The notes below the pieces were generated by a model. That model was given only the letters and a program-made list of their open reading frames with translations, made no database searches and was not told where the DNA came from. Of a stretch of DNA of 25,754 bases, positions 7,562 to 16,693 are shown in pieces. The stretch covers positions 1-25,754 of the forward strand of contig JBBRNJ010000106.1 in the NCBI GenBank assembly GCA_038230375.1. Direction: 5' to 3'. This DNA comes from Polyangiales bacterium. Its GTDB lineage: Bacteria; Myxococcota_A; Polyangia; Polyangiales; Polyangiaceae. The number at the start of each line of letters is the position of its first letter. Position 1 is the stretch's first letter. The position numbers and the translations under genes are program-made.

Positions 7562-8725
7562 TCACCGGAGGATCTGGGAGTTCACCACGTTGGCGGCGCT
7601 CTTCGCGATCACATAGAAGCCAGGCAGGCCTGGCGTCTCGAATGTGCCGCGCGGATTGTTCCGCGTGGTGGTGTCCTTGATGTTGATGGAGCCGCTCTTG
7701 TTGTTGCTCACGAAGAAGACGGCGCTGCCGCCCTCGTTCGCCATGTTGTTCTCCAGCAAGCTGCCGTCCAGGTTCATCACGATCTCGTTGCCGTCGTTGT
7801 AGATGGCGCCTCCATTCCCGCCCTGACCGCTATTGGCACCGTGGCCAATAGCGGTGTTGTACGAGAACAGGCTGTTGATGATGTTCCACGACACGCCGAT
7901 GCTGCTGAGCGCGCCGCCGTTCGCGCACGCGTTGCCAAGCTCCGTGGCGCCCCCAAACGTGCTGCCCACGACCCACACGGGACGCGCAGGGCCGGCGCCG
8001 GGCTTCACCAGGTAGTCGAGCTTCCGGATCGCTCCGCCGCCTACGTCCGAGCCCAGGTCCGCGCACACGTTGTGGAAGAAGCGCGAATGGACCACCTTCA
8101 GGCTCCCGCCCTGCGCGTAGATCGCACCGCCGCCACCTGCGTTGTTGTCGCCCTCGGGGATGTCCTTGGCGTTGCCGTCGACGAACGTGATGTTCTGCAC
8201 TGTGAGCTGCACGCCAGCGTTCGTGTTGCAGTCGCCCGGACCTGCCGGGTAGACCTGGGCCTTGTCGCACGTGCTCATGTAGAGGATGCGTAGCTTCCCG
8301 CCGCCGCTCAGCGCGACCTTGTTGCCGCCGTCGATCACGAGCTTCGGGGCGGTGTCGTTCTTCACCTTCGCTGTCTGCGTGAGCGTGATGGTCACGGGAT
8401 CGGCGCCGCAGTTGAACGTGATCACACCGCCCGTGGTCACGGCGGCGACGAAGGCGTCGCTCGTGCAGCTCTCCGCAGTGCCCGTGCCGACCACGGTGGT
8501 GGGCTTGGACGTGTCCTCCGGCTGCGCCTCTGTGGGGACCGTGTCCTTGCCATCAGGGTTTCCCGCCGCGGGGCCAGCCTGCGTGGCCGCCGGCGGAGTG
8601 GTGCCCGACCCTCCACCGCCGCCTCCGCCACCACCCCCACCTGAGGAAGACGAGCTCGAGCTGCTGCACGCTACCAGGGCGATGGCGAGCGAGGCGAGCA
8701 GCAACCGCGGACGAGACGAGTGCAT
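7562..8725 (-). CDS. Lipoprotein with right-handed beta-helix (Pmp-like GGAI repeats)
   Basis: Lipobox LVA-CSSSSSSSS, poly-Gly tether, GGVITFNCG, repeated GGAI/GGAL and FxxN motifs. ATG at 8725 is preceded by TAGCGT-N6. Confidence 0.82.
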   Translation of the reverse strand: MHSSRPRLLLASLAIALVACSSSSSSSSGGGGGGGGGGGSGTTPPAATQAGPAAGNPDGKDTVPTEAQPEDTSKPTTVVGTGTAESCTSDAFVAAVTTGGVITFNCGADPVTITLTQTAKVKNDTAPKLVIDGGNKVALSGGGKLRILYMSTCDKAQVYPAGPGDCNTNAGVQLTVQNITFVDGNAKDIPEGDNNAGGGGAIYAQGGSLKVVHSRFFHNVCADLGSDVGGGAIRKLDYLVKPGAGPARPVWVVGSTFGGATELGNACANGGALSSIGVSWNIINSLFSYNTAIGHGANSGQGGNGGAIYNDGNEIVMNLDGSLLENNMANEGGSAVFFVSNNKSGSINIKDTTTRNNPRGTFETPGLPGFYVIAKSAANVVNSQILR

Positions 8726-8788
8726 GCTCAAACGCTATCGCGCGGCGTGAACGGACCGCAACCGCGCAGTTCGACCACGTTGTGTTAC

Positions 8789-9706
8789 CTAAGCTTCCAG
8801 GAAAGGCAGCGCGGCTTCCACGAACGCCTGTGGCGCATCCACGTGGGCGAAGTGCGATGCGTTGTCGAGCCACACGAGCTCCGCGTCCGGCAACAGCTCC
8901 TTGAGGCGCGTGCCCACGATGGGCGGCACCATCTTGTCCTTGCGCGCATAGATCAAGCGCAGCGGGATCGGGAACGTCTTCAGGTCACGCAGCTCGCCCG
9001 CGAACGCCGCCATCTCGCCGGCGTCCAGCGTGTCGCCGAGCATGCTTGCGAACGCCTCGAGCCCGCCGTCGTCCATGAGCGCGCGCGCGTACTCGCGATG
9101 CTCTTCACGCGACTTCAGCGTCTCGTCGAAATAGTGGACGTTCTTGTGAACCCAGCGCTCCGGGTCGCGACGCACCAGCGCGCCGATGAGCGGCCGGACC
9201 TTCGGCACCACGGTGAACGCCGCGCCAAGCGCGTGCATGCGCGCCGTCGGGATACCGGGGCTGTGCAGGTTGACCAGGCGGCTCATGGACAAGGGCTCGC
9301 GCAGCGCAAGACGCATGAGCAGGTAGCCGCCCATCGAGTTCCCGATCGCCGGCGCACCCCAGATGCCCAGCGCCTTCATCGTGAGCCCGACAGACGCTGC
9401 AAGCGCGTCGGGCGTGTAGCGCACGCGCGGTTTGTCGGAGCGGCCCGCGCCGAGGAGATCCGGGATATGGAGCGTGAACCGCTTTCCGAGCGGCACCAGC
9501 ACATTGCGGAACGAGTAGCTGGTGGTCATGAGGCCGTGCAGGAGGAGAAGGGGCGGGCCCTCTCCGAAGACGCGCACGTGCACGTTCACCTTGCCGAAGT
9601 GGTCGGACTCGATCGACACGGTGCGCGCCTCCGTCTCGAAGTACGGGTGGGCGAGGCGCGGCATCGCGGGGACGTCGCTGAAGGGTAGCTGCTCGAAGGG
9701 CTTCAC
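8789..9706 (-). CDS. Alpha/beta fold hydrolase
   Basis: LLLLHGL oxyanion motif, PDLLGAGRS, nucleophile elbow GNSMGG, acid in KDKMVP, His in ASHFAH. Start placed at GTG 9706 (uncertain). Confidence 0.85.
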   Translation of the reverse strand: MKPFEQLPFSDVPAMPRLAHPYFETEARTVSIESDHFGKVNVHVRVFGEGPPLLLLHGLMTTSYSFRNVLVPLGKRFTLHIPDLLGAGRSDKPRVRYTPDALAASVGLTMKALGIWGAPAIGNSMGGYLLMRLALREPLSMSRLVNLHSPGIPTARMHALGAAFTVVPKVRPLIGALVRRDPERWVHKNVHYFDETLKSREEHREYARALMDDGGLEAFASMLGDTLDAGEMAAFAGELRDLKTFPIPLRLIYARKDKMVPPIVGTRLKELLPDAELVWLDNASHFAHVDAPQAFVEAALPFLEA

Positions 9707-9733
9707 GCTGCGAGCGATGATATCCTGGAGTCC

Positions 9734-10765
9734 ATGGCCGTCGTGACACGCTTCGTGATCGCCGGGGGGGGAAACGCTCCACACCCCGCAAGCTGCACGT
9801 GCGCCGAATGCGCGCTCACCGCGCGGGAGGATGAGGTCGGAAGCGACGCGGCGCGCTCCTCTTCCGACACGATGCACTACGACCGCGGCGGACTACGCGT
9901 CGCAGCGTTCCGCCTTGGGCTGACGCAGCGGCCTTTCCGCGACACCGGGCCCATCGAGAACTTCATCCTCGTCTTCCCGCGGCTCTCGGTGGTGATCCAT
10001 CACGCAGACAAGGCGCCCGTCGTGGCCGACCCCACGCGCGCCATGCTCTACAACCGCGGGCAAGAGTACGAACGGCACGCCGTGTCGGAGCGCGGTGATG
10101 CGTGCGAATGGTTCGGGTTCCCGGAAGCAGCCGTCGCCGACACGCTCCGCGCGCACGAGCCCGCGGTCGACGATCGACCCGGTCGGCCGTTCGCGCGCAC
10201 GCACATGGAAGTCTCACCACGGACCTATCTGCTGCAGCGCCGCATCTTCGACTATCTGAGGCGTCGGGGAGCGGCAGCCGACCCCTTCCTCGTGGAGGAC
10301 GCGATGTATCGGCTGCTCCACGCGGTCCTCGGGCCCGCACCCGGCGTGGTCAGGCGCCCTGAACGGAGCGTTCTCGATCGGCGTCGTGCGGTCGTCGAGC
10401 AGACGCGGAAGCTCCTGGGCGAGTCACTCCGTTCGCCAATGTCGCTGGACGATCTCGCGACCCGTGTGGGTCTGTCCGCGTGTCACCTCTCCACCGTCTT
10501 CAGCGGGGAGATGGGCATATCGATCCATGCATACCGCAACGAGTTGCGCCTTCTGACCGCGCTCGAGCGCCTTGGCGACGGGGAGGAAATTCCCGAGGTC
10601 GCACGCAAGGTGGGCTTCTCCAGCCACAGCCATTTCACCGCCGCGTTCCGTCGCATGTTCGGCATCGTGCCCTCCGCGTGGGAAGCGCGCACGCAGACGC
10701 TGCCCGACCGTCGCGAGCCAGCCGTGGGCCTGCTCTCCAAGGTGGACGCGAAGCTGCGTCGCTGA
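9734..10765 (+). CDS. AraC/XylS family transcriptional regulator
   Basis: C-terminal double HTH (SLDDLATRVGLSACHLSTVF...VARKVGFSSHSHFTAAFRRMFGIVP). Start 9734 is supported by TGaTATCCT-N7-ATG; alternative ATG at 9872. Confidence 0.88.
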   Translation: MAVVTRFVIAGGGNAPHPASCTCAECALTAREDEVGSDAARSSSDTMHYDRGGLRVAAFRLGLTQRPFRDTGPIENFILVFPRLSVVIHHADKAPVVADPTRAMLYNRGQEYERHAVSERGDACEWFGFPEAAVADTLRAHEPAVDDRPGRPFARTHMEVSPRTYLLQRRIFDYLRRRGAAADPFLVEDAMYRLLHAVLGPAPGVVRRPERSVLDRRRAVVEQTRKLLGESLRSPMSLDDLATRVGLSACHLSTVFSGEMGISIHAYRNELRLLTALERLGDGEEIPEVARKVGFSSHSHFTAAFRRMFGIVPSAWEARTQTLPDRREPAVGLLSKVDAKLRR

Positions 10766-10766
10766 G

Positions 10767-11417
10767 TCAGTCATCCCGCAGGAGCAGGCGGATCCACGAA
10801 CGTGTGAGCCACTTCTCGAACCTGTCGGTCGACCAGCCGCGGTCGTGCGTCAGGAGGAGGTAGAGCTCGGGGGCGTTGGTGGCCCAGATGACATCCGCTG
10901 CTTCGTGCACGTCGACCTCTACCCGCAGCTGTCCGGTCGCTGCGAGCTCGACCGCGAAGCGCCTCATGTTTGCGGCGCGGCGCTCCGCGATGGTCTTCCA
11001 GACCAACGCGAGCTCTGGGTCCAGCGGCGCTGCCTCCTTGAGCACGCGCAGGAGCGGAGCGAGCCGCTCGTGGATCGGACGCAGTGCGCGCGCATAGATC
11101 TCGAGCTTCTTCCGTGCGTCAGGCTCGGCGTGGATGGCCTTCACGTAGTCACGTTGCTCCGCGGGCACCGCACGATCGCTGCCGGAGATCGCCGTCTCCA
11201 CGAGCAGATGAAAGAGGACCTGCTTCGTGCCGATGGTCGCGTAGATCGTATCCAGTGCGACCTCCGCCACGCGCGCCACGTCCGAGATCTTGGTGGCGGC
11301 GTAACCGTTCGCAAGGAAGAGCTCGCGCGCTGCCGCCAGGATGGACGCGCGCGTGGCTGCGGCCGCCTGCTGGCGACCGGTCGCGTCGTAGCGCCGCTTG
11401 ACATGCCTGCGTTTCAC
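10767..11417 (-). CDS. TetR/AcrR family transcriptional regulator
   Basis: TRASILAAARELFLANGYAATKISDVARVAEVALDTIYATIGTK HTH. GTG start is preceded by TAATAT-N7. Confidence 0.92.
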   Translation of the reverse strand: MKRRHVKRRYDATGRQQAAAATRASILAAARELFLANGYAATKISDVARVAEVALDTIYATIGTKQVLFHLLVETAISGSDRAVPAEQRDYVKAIHAEPDARKKLEIYARALRPIHERLAPLLRVLKEAAPLDPELALVWKTIAERRAANMRRFAVELAATGQLRVEVDVHEAADVIWATNAPELYLLLTHDRGWSTDRFEKWLTRSWIRLLLRDD

Positions 11418-11431
11418 GATAGAGATATTAA

Positions 11432-11448
11432 TCCGAAATCAATTCGGA
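11432..11448. promoter_or_regulatory. Putative TetR operator TCCGAA-N5-TTCGGA
   Basis: Inverted repeat in the 44-bp AT-rich spacer between the divergent tetR-like and DUF1772 genes, next to the tetR -10 hexamer. Confidence 0.6.
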
Positions 11449-11461
11449 CGAAACTAAAGAA

Positions 11462-11923
11462 ATGACGTTGGAGCTGACAACACGGTTCTTGGGCCTCTTG
11501 TGTAGCGGACTCGCCGCGGGGATGGCGTTGTGCGTCCTCCTTGCAGAGCGGGCGTTCTCCGGCTCAGGCCGCTTCTACACGGAGCTCATGCAGCTCCTCC
11601 GTCGCGCGCTGACCGTCCCTGGACCAGCGCTGGGCGCCCTGGGGCTCTTGTCCATGTCCGTGAGCGCCGTGCTTGCCTATCGCAGCGGCGGTGGCCCTGC
11701 GCTGTGGCTCGGCCTCCTGGCCCTCGCGCTCGCAATGTCGGCGCTCGCGATCACCAAGTTTGGTCACTTCCCGATCAACGCAGTCATGGGCACCTGGAAC
11801 CCTGACAGCCCTCCCGCGGAATGGAAGACCGTTCAAGCAAGGTGGACGGCGCTCCACGTTGCAAGGACTGCCGCTGCCACGGGGAGCTTCGCCCTCTTCC
11901 TGATGGGCGCGCTCTGGCAATAG
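11462..11923 (+). CDS. DUF1772 / anthrone oxygenase family membrane protein
   Basis: About four hydrophobic segments; HFPINA...W...PPAEW...RWTALHVART motif pattern. Confidence 0.78.
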   Translation: MTLELTTRFLGLLCSGLAAGMALCVLLAERAFSGSGRFYTELMQLLRRALTVPGPALGALGLLSMSVSAVLAYRSGGGPALWLGLLALALAMSALAITKFGHFPINAVMGTWNPDSPPAEWKTVQARWTALHVARTAAATGSFALFLMGALWQ

Positions 11924-12000
11924 CCGCCTGCCGACTTCACCTCTCTGCAGATGAGCACGCCGTTGCGCCTCGCTGCCTCTTCACCGGTAGGAGGTCTTTC

Positions 12001-13227
12001 ATGATTCGTCATCTTGCTCTTGGTTCGTTCGCCGCTGGTCTCTGTGTCTCCGTCTCGCTCGCGGGCTGCTCTTCGACGACCACGAACGTGGGCGCCGATG
12101 CAGGGCCGGGCTCTGGCACGGACGGTGGTCCCGGTTCCGGTACTGACGGCGGCTCGCTCACGGATGGCGCGTCAGGCGCGAACCCGCTCGGCTTCACGCC
12201 CTCCAATGTGAACCTCACCGGGTTCGATCTGTCGCTCGTGGGGGACTTCGTGGTCGACAACAACGAATGCTCGATCGACACGGAGTCGAACCTGGCCTCG
12301 TGCGGCGATGGCGGCAACGTGCTCGCGTTCCAGCTCCAGACGCAGAGCGATGGCACCAAGGTCGCGGTCTACGTCGCGCGCTCTATCAACATCCAGTCGA
12401 TGCAAAACCTCACAGTCACGGGGCACAACCCGATCGTCCTCATCGCTCTCGAGACCATCAAGATCACCGGCTCGCTCTTCGGCAACTCCCGCGAGAACCT
12501 CGGCAGCGCAGGCGGCCACACGCAAGGTCTGACTGACACGAAGGGTGCGGGCCCCGGCGGTGCAGGCGCACCGTCCGCCATGTCGGGCGGCGGTGGTGGC
12601 TCGTACTGCGGCATCGGCGGCGCAGGCGCCGTGGAGAGCGGCGGAACGTCTCCCGGCGGTGTTGCGTACGGCACCGTCACGAACACTCCTTTGGTCGGGG
12701 GCTCCTCCGGGTCGTCGCCTTCGGGTGGCGGTGGTGGTGGCAGTGGCGGCGGCGCCATCCAGCTCATCGCGGGGACCTCGATCACGGTGGATGCGAGCGG
12801 CGTCATCCACGTGGGGGCGGGTGGTGGCGCGTTCGGTGGCATCAGCGGACAGGAGGCCGCCGGCGGTGGCAGTGGTGGCTCCATCTTGCTCGAATCACGC
12901 GTCGTGTCCATCGCGGGCACGCTTGCCGCGAACGGCGGCGGCGGGGGCGCGGGCTCGTCGGTCAACGTCCCGGGTGGCGCCAACGCGACCGGAAATGCCA
13001 CGGCCGCTGCGGGAGGGCCCGGCGCGTCCGCGGGCGGTGTGGGGAGCGCTGCTGCGATCACCAAGGGCAGCGACGGCACGTTCACCGCAGGCAACGCGGG
13101 CGGCGGAGGAGGAGGTGGCGCGGGCCGCATTCGTATCAACACGAAGACTGGGCAAGCGACGCTGAGCGGAACCCTCTCGCCCGCGGCCTCGACACCGTGC
13201 ACAACGCAGGGCACGGTTGCTCCGTAG
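12001..13227 (+). CDS. Gly-rich lipoprotein
   Basis: AGGAGG RBS before ATG 12001; lipobox LAG-CSS; GPGSGTDG repeats; GGGGGAIQL, GGGSGGSILL and GGGGAGRIRI Gly-rich repeats. Confidence 0.82.
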   Translation: MIRHLALGSFAAGLCVSVSLAGCSSTTTNVGADAGPGSGTDGGPGSGTDGGSLTDGASGANPLGFTPSNVNLTGFDLSLVGDFVVDNNECSIDTESNLASCGDGGNVLAFQLQTQSDGTKVAVYVARSINIQSMQNLTVTGHNPIVLIALETIKITGSLFGNSRENLGSAGGHTQGLTDTKGAGPGGAGAPSAMSGGGGGSYCGIGGAGAVESGGTSPGGVAYGTVTNTPLVGGSSGSSPSGGGGGGSGGGAIQLIAGTSITVDASGVIHVGAGGGAFGGISGQEAAGGGSGGSILLESRVVSIAGTLAANGGGGGAGSSVNVPGGANATGNATAAAGGPGASAGGVGSAAAITKGSDGTFTAGNAGGGGGGGAGRIRINTKTGQATLSGTLSPAASTPCTTQGTVAP

Positions 13228-13243
13228 CGGTAGAGTGGGAACC

Positions 13244-13660
13244 ATGACGGCGACCACCGATGACGAGCTCTGGAGCGCGTTCCAGGGCGCCTCGCTCCCC
13301 GCGGCGGATTGGACGCACCACGCACACCTGCGCATTGCGTGGATGTACTGCAGGAAGCACACCGTGGATGAGGCGCACATCCTGATGCGCGTCGGCATCA
13401 TCCGCCTGAACGCCACGCATGGCCTGGTCGAGACGCCAACGCGCGGCTACCACGAGACCATGACGCGCGTCTGGCTGGCGCTGGTCGCCGCGGCCATCCG
13501 GAAGACGCCCGACCTGGACGCGTCCACGGCGTTTCTCGCGGCGCATGGCGAGGACCTCGTGACGGTGGCGCCGATGCGTCACTACTCGCGGGAGCTCCTC
13601 ATGTCTGCCCGGTCGCGCGCCATGTTCGTTGCTCCGGATCTGGTGCCGCTGCCCGGGTGA
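13244..13660 (+). CDS. Conserved hypothetical protein with His motifs
   Basis: WTHHAHLRIAW, GYHETMTRVW and YSRELL...FVAPDL motifs; ATG 13244 is preceded by TAGAGT-N7. Confidence 0.75.
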   Translation: MTATTDDELWSAFQGASLPAADWTHHAHLRIAWMYCRKHTVDEAHILMRVGIIRLNATHGLVETPTRGYHETMTRVWLALVAAAIRKTPDLDASTAFLAAHGEDLVTVAPMRHYSRELLMSARSRAMFVAPDLVPLPG

Positions 13661-13675
13661 CACTATAAGGCCCAG

Positions 13676-15487
13676 GTGGGCTACGAATCCCTCCGCTCGT
13701 GCATCGATGATCTGGACCGTGCCGGCCACCTGCGGCGCGTGACGGAAGAGGTAGACCCATTCCTGGAGGCCGCAGAGATCCAGCGGCGCGTGTTCTCGGC
13801 CTCTGGCCCCGCGCTCCTCTTCACCAATGTTCGGGGCTCCCGGTTCCCGCTCGTATCGAACATGTTCGGAACCATGGAGCGCGTGCGCTTCATCTTTCGA
13901 GATTCGCTGGATGGTGTGCGCGCGCTGGTCAGCGCGAAGGTCGACCCGCGCGCGTTCGTCATGGATCCGCGGCGTGCCGTGCGGTTGCCCGCTGTTGCCA
14001 TGCACTTGCTCCCGCGGAACGTGCGCGGCGGTGCGGTCTTCGCGCATCAGATCCCGCTCTCCGATCTCCCAAAGGTCACGTCGTGGCCCGACGACGGGGG
14101 TCCGTTCATCACGTTGCCCCAGGTCTACTCGGAGGACCCGAACGACAAGGGCGTGCGCCGCTCGAACCTGGGCATGTACCGCGTGCAGCTCGCCGGCAAC
14201 GACTACGTGCAGGACCGCGAGGTCGGGCTCCACTACCAGATTCATCGCGGGCTCGGCGTGCATCACGCTGCGGCGATCGCGCGCGGTGAGCGCCTCCCGG
14301 TCTGCGTGTTCGTCGGCGGTCCTCCGGCGATGGCCGTCGCTGCCGTGATGCCGTTGCCGGAAGGCCTTCCGGAGATCGCGTTCGCGGGCGCGCTGAACCG
14401 TCGCAGCATACGCATGGCGACGCGTGGAGGCATTCACGTCCATGCCGACGCAGACTTCTGCATCATGGGCTCGATAGGCCCTTCGGAGACCAAGCTCGAA
14501 GGGCCGTTCGGTGACCACCTTGGTTACTATGCCAACGCGCACGAGTTCCCGGTCCTGCGCGTGGAGTCCGTACATCATCGTGACGGCGCGATCTGGCCGT
14601 TCACCGTCGTGGGACGCCCGCCGCAAGAAGACACGATGTTCGGCCAGCTCATTCACGAGCTCACGGGGCCGCTCGTGCCTACGGTGCTCCCCGGCGTCCA
14701 GGCCGTGCACGCGGTGGACGCGGCGGGCGTGCATCCGCTCTTGCTCGCGATCGGCAGCGAGCGCTACGTGCCCTACGCGAAGGAGCGCAGGCCCATGGAG
14801 CTGCTCACGCAGGCGAACGCCATCCTGGGGCAAGGGCAGATGTCGCTCGCCAAGTACCTCTTCATTGCCACCAAGGACGACGCGCCCGGTCTGGACATCC
14901 ACGACGTGGGCGCCTTCCTGTCGAGCGTGCTCTCGCGCTTCGATCCTGCGCGCGACCTGCACTTCCAGACGAACACGACGATCGACACGCTCGACTACTC
15001 TGGCTCCGGTCTGAACCAGGGATCGAAGGTCGTGATCTGCGCGACGGGCCCCGTGCGCAGGACGCTTTCGCGTGAGGTCGCGGGTGACCTTGCGCTGCCC
15101 CCCGGTTTCGGCGAGCCGAAGGTCGCCATACCTGGCGTGCTGGTGCTGCGCGCCCCGGCCAACGGCGCTGGTGACATCGAGGCGCTCGCGCGTGCCCTGC
15201 GCTCGCTCGAAGGCTTCCCGCTGGTCGTGCTCACGGAAGACAGCGACTTCGCCGCGCGAAGTGTCGCGAACTTCGTCTGGGTCACGTTCACGCGCTCGAA
15301 CCCCGCAGCCGACATCCACGGCGTGGATGCTTTCGTCGAGAACAAAGGGTGGGGCTGCCGCGGCGCGATGATCATCGACGCCCGCCGGAAGCCGCACCAC
15401 GCGCCGCCGCTTTCGGAGGACCCGGCAGTGACGAAGCGTGTGGATCGGCTGGGCGCGCGAGGAGCATCGCTGCACGGCGTCCTCTGA
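13676..15487 (+). CDS. UbiD-family prFMN-dependent decarboxylase (long form, 603 aa)
   Basis: GPALLFTNV, SNMFGT, WPDDGGPFITLP, NLGMYRVQ, catalytic EGPFGDHLGYY, TVVGRPPQED, DTLDYS. Confidence 0.92.
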   Translation: MGYESLRSCIDDLDRAGHLRRVTEEVDPFLEAAEIQRRVFSASGPALLFTNVRGSRFPLVSNMFGTMERVRFIFRDSLDGVRALVSAKVDPRAFVMDPRRAVRLPAVAMHLLPRNVRGGAVFAHQIPLSDLPKVTSWPDDGGPFITLPQVYSEDPNDKGVRRSNLGMYRVQLAGNDYVQDREVGLHYQIHRGLGVHHAAAIARGERLPVCVFVGGPPAMAVAAVMPLPEGLPEIAFAGALNRRSIRMATRGGIHVHADADFCIMGSIGPSETKLEGPFGDHLGYYANAHEFPVLRVESVHHRDGAIWPFTVVGRPPQEDTMFGQLIHELTGPLVPTVLPGVQAVHAVDAAGVHPLLLAIGSERYVPYAKERRPMELLTQANAILGQGQMSLAKYLFIATKDDAPGLDIHDVGAFLSSVLSRFDPARDLHFQTNTTIDTLDYSGSGLNQGSKVVICATGPVRRTLSREVAGDLALPPGFGEPKVAIPGVLVLRAPANGAGDIEALARALRSLEGFPLVVLTEDSDFAARSVANFVWVTFTRSNPAADIHGVDAFVENKGWGCRGAMIIDARRKPHHAPPLSEDPAVTKRVDRLGARGASLHGVL

Positions 15488-15512
15488 CTCCCGCGCGACC
15501 CGTTGCCACCAA

Positions 15513-16646
15513 TCATCCCAGGACTGCGAGTGCCTGCTCCAGGTCCTCGTAGAGATCCTTCACGGACTCGAGACCGATGGACAAGCGAAGCAGGTTCGGC
15601 GGCGCGAGGGTCTGCGGTCCCTCGACGGTCGCGCGGTGCTCGATGAGACTCTCCACGCCGCCCATCGACGTCGCGCGGACGAAGAGCTTCACCGCGCTCG
15701 CCACCGCGATCGCCTCACTGGCCCCGCCGCGCACCAGGATGGACATGAGCGCCCCGAAGCCATCGTTCATCTGCGCCACCGCGATCTGGTGCCCTGGGTG
15801 TGACGGCAGGCCAGGGTAGAGGACGCGCTCCACCCCCGGATGCGTCGAGAGCTTCGTTGCGAGTGCAAGGGCGCTGGCACTCGCGCGCTCCATCCGCACG
15901 AACAAGGTGCGCATGCCGCGCAGGAGGAGCGACGCCTCGAAGGGCCCCAGCACAGCGCCCTGCAAGTGCCGGAGGTGCCGGATGCGCTTCCATGCGTCGT
16001 CGTCGCGCGAGGTCACGAGCGCTCCAGCGAGCACATCGCTGTGCCCATTCAAACCCTTCGTCGCGGAGTGCATCACGAGGTCAGCGCCCAGAGCGAGCGC
16101 GCGCGTATGCACCGGCGTTGCGATTGTCGAGTCCACGGCGAGAACGGCGGAGGCCTCGTGGGCGATCTCCGCAACGGCCTTGATGTCCACCACGTCCCAC
16201 GTAGGATTTGCCGGCGTCTCGAGCCAGACGAGTGTCGGCCTCTTGCGTGTGGCCTCTCGCACCGCGGCAAGATCCGTCGCGTCGACCAGTTCGAGATCGA
16301 TCGACAACGCCTGACAGTGCTCGCGGAGCCACAGCCGAAACCCGTGGTACATCGCCCGCGACGCGACGATTCGCTGCCCGGGCGCCACCAGCGCCTGCAC
16401 CGCGGTTGTCGCTGCGGCCATCCCGGACGAGAACAGGCGTGCGTCTGCGCCGCCTTCCAGCTCGGCGAGCAAGAGCTCCGGCCTGCGGTACGTCGGGTTG
16501 TCATCACGCGTGTACTCGGCCGTGGAGAGGAGGCGATAGTGCTCGTCGCGCGCGTACGTCGTGCTCGTGTGGATGGGAGGAACGACGCCGCCGGTCTCCC
16601 TGTCGACGAAAGCCAGCGCCTGTGCGGTGAGTGTCTCGCGGTCCAT
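15513..16646 (-). CDS. PLP-dependent transsulfuration enzyme (cystathionine gamma-synthase/lyase family)
   Basis: VVPPIHTSTTY, YTRDDNPT, FSSGMAA, WLETPANP, VDST, PLP-Lys motif HSATKGLNGHSD, SMGGVESL, LRLSIGLE. ATG 16646 is preceded by TAGCGT-N7. Confidence 0.92.
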   Translation of the reverse strand: MDRETLTAQALAFVDRETGGVVPPIHTSTTYARDEHYRLLSTAEYTRDDNPTYRRPELLLAELEGGADARLFSSGMAAATTAVQALVAPGQRIVASRAMYHGFRLWLREHCQALSIDLELVDATDLAAVREATRKRPTLVWLETPANPTWDVVDIKAVAEIAHEASAVLAVDSTIATPVHTRALALGADLVMHSATKGLNGHSDVLAGALVTSRDDDAWKRIRHLRHLQGAVLGPFEASLLLRGMRTLFVRMERASASALALATKLSTHPGVERVLYPGLPSHPGHQIAVAQMNDGFGALMSILVRGGASEAIAVASAVKLFVRATSMGGVESLIEHRATVEGPQTLAPPNLLRLSIGLESVKDLYEDLEQALAVLG

Positions 16647-16693
16647 GGCCGGCACGCTAACGCCACTCGTGGCGTTCTGCTACGTCTCGTCCC

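Noticed and set aside
13136..15475. 779-aa minus-strand ORF
   Set aside because: Antisense shadow of the UbiD gene.
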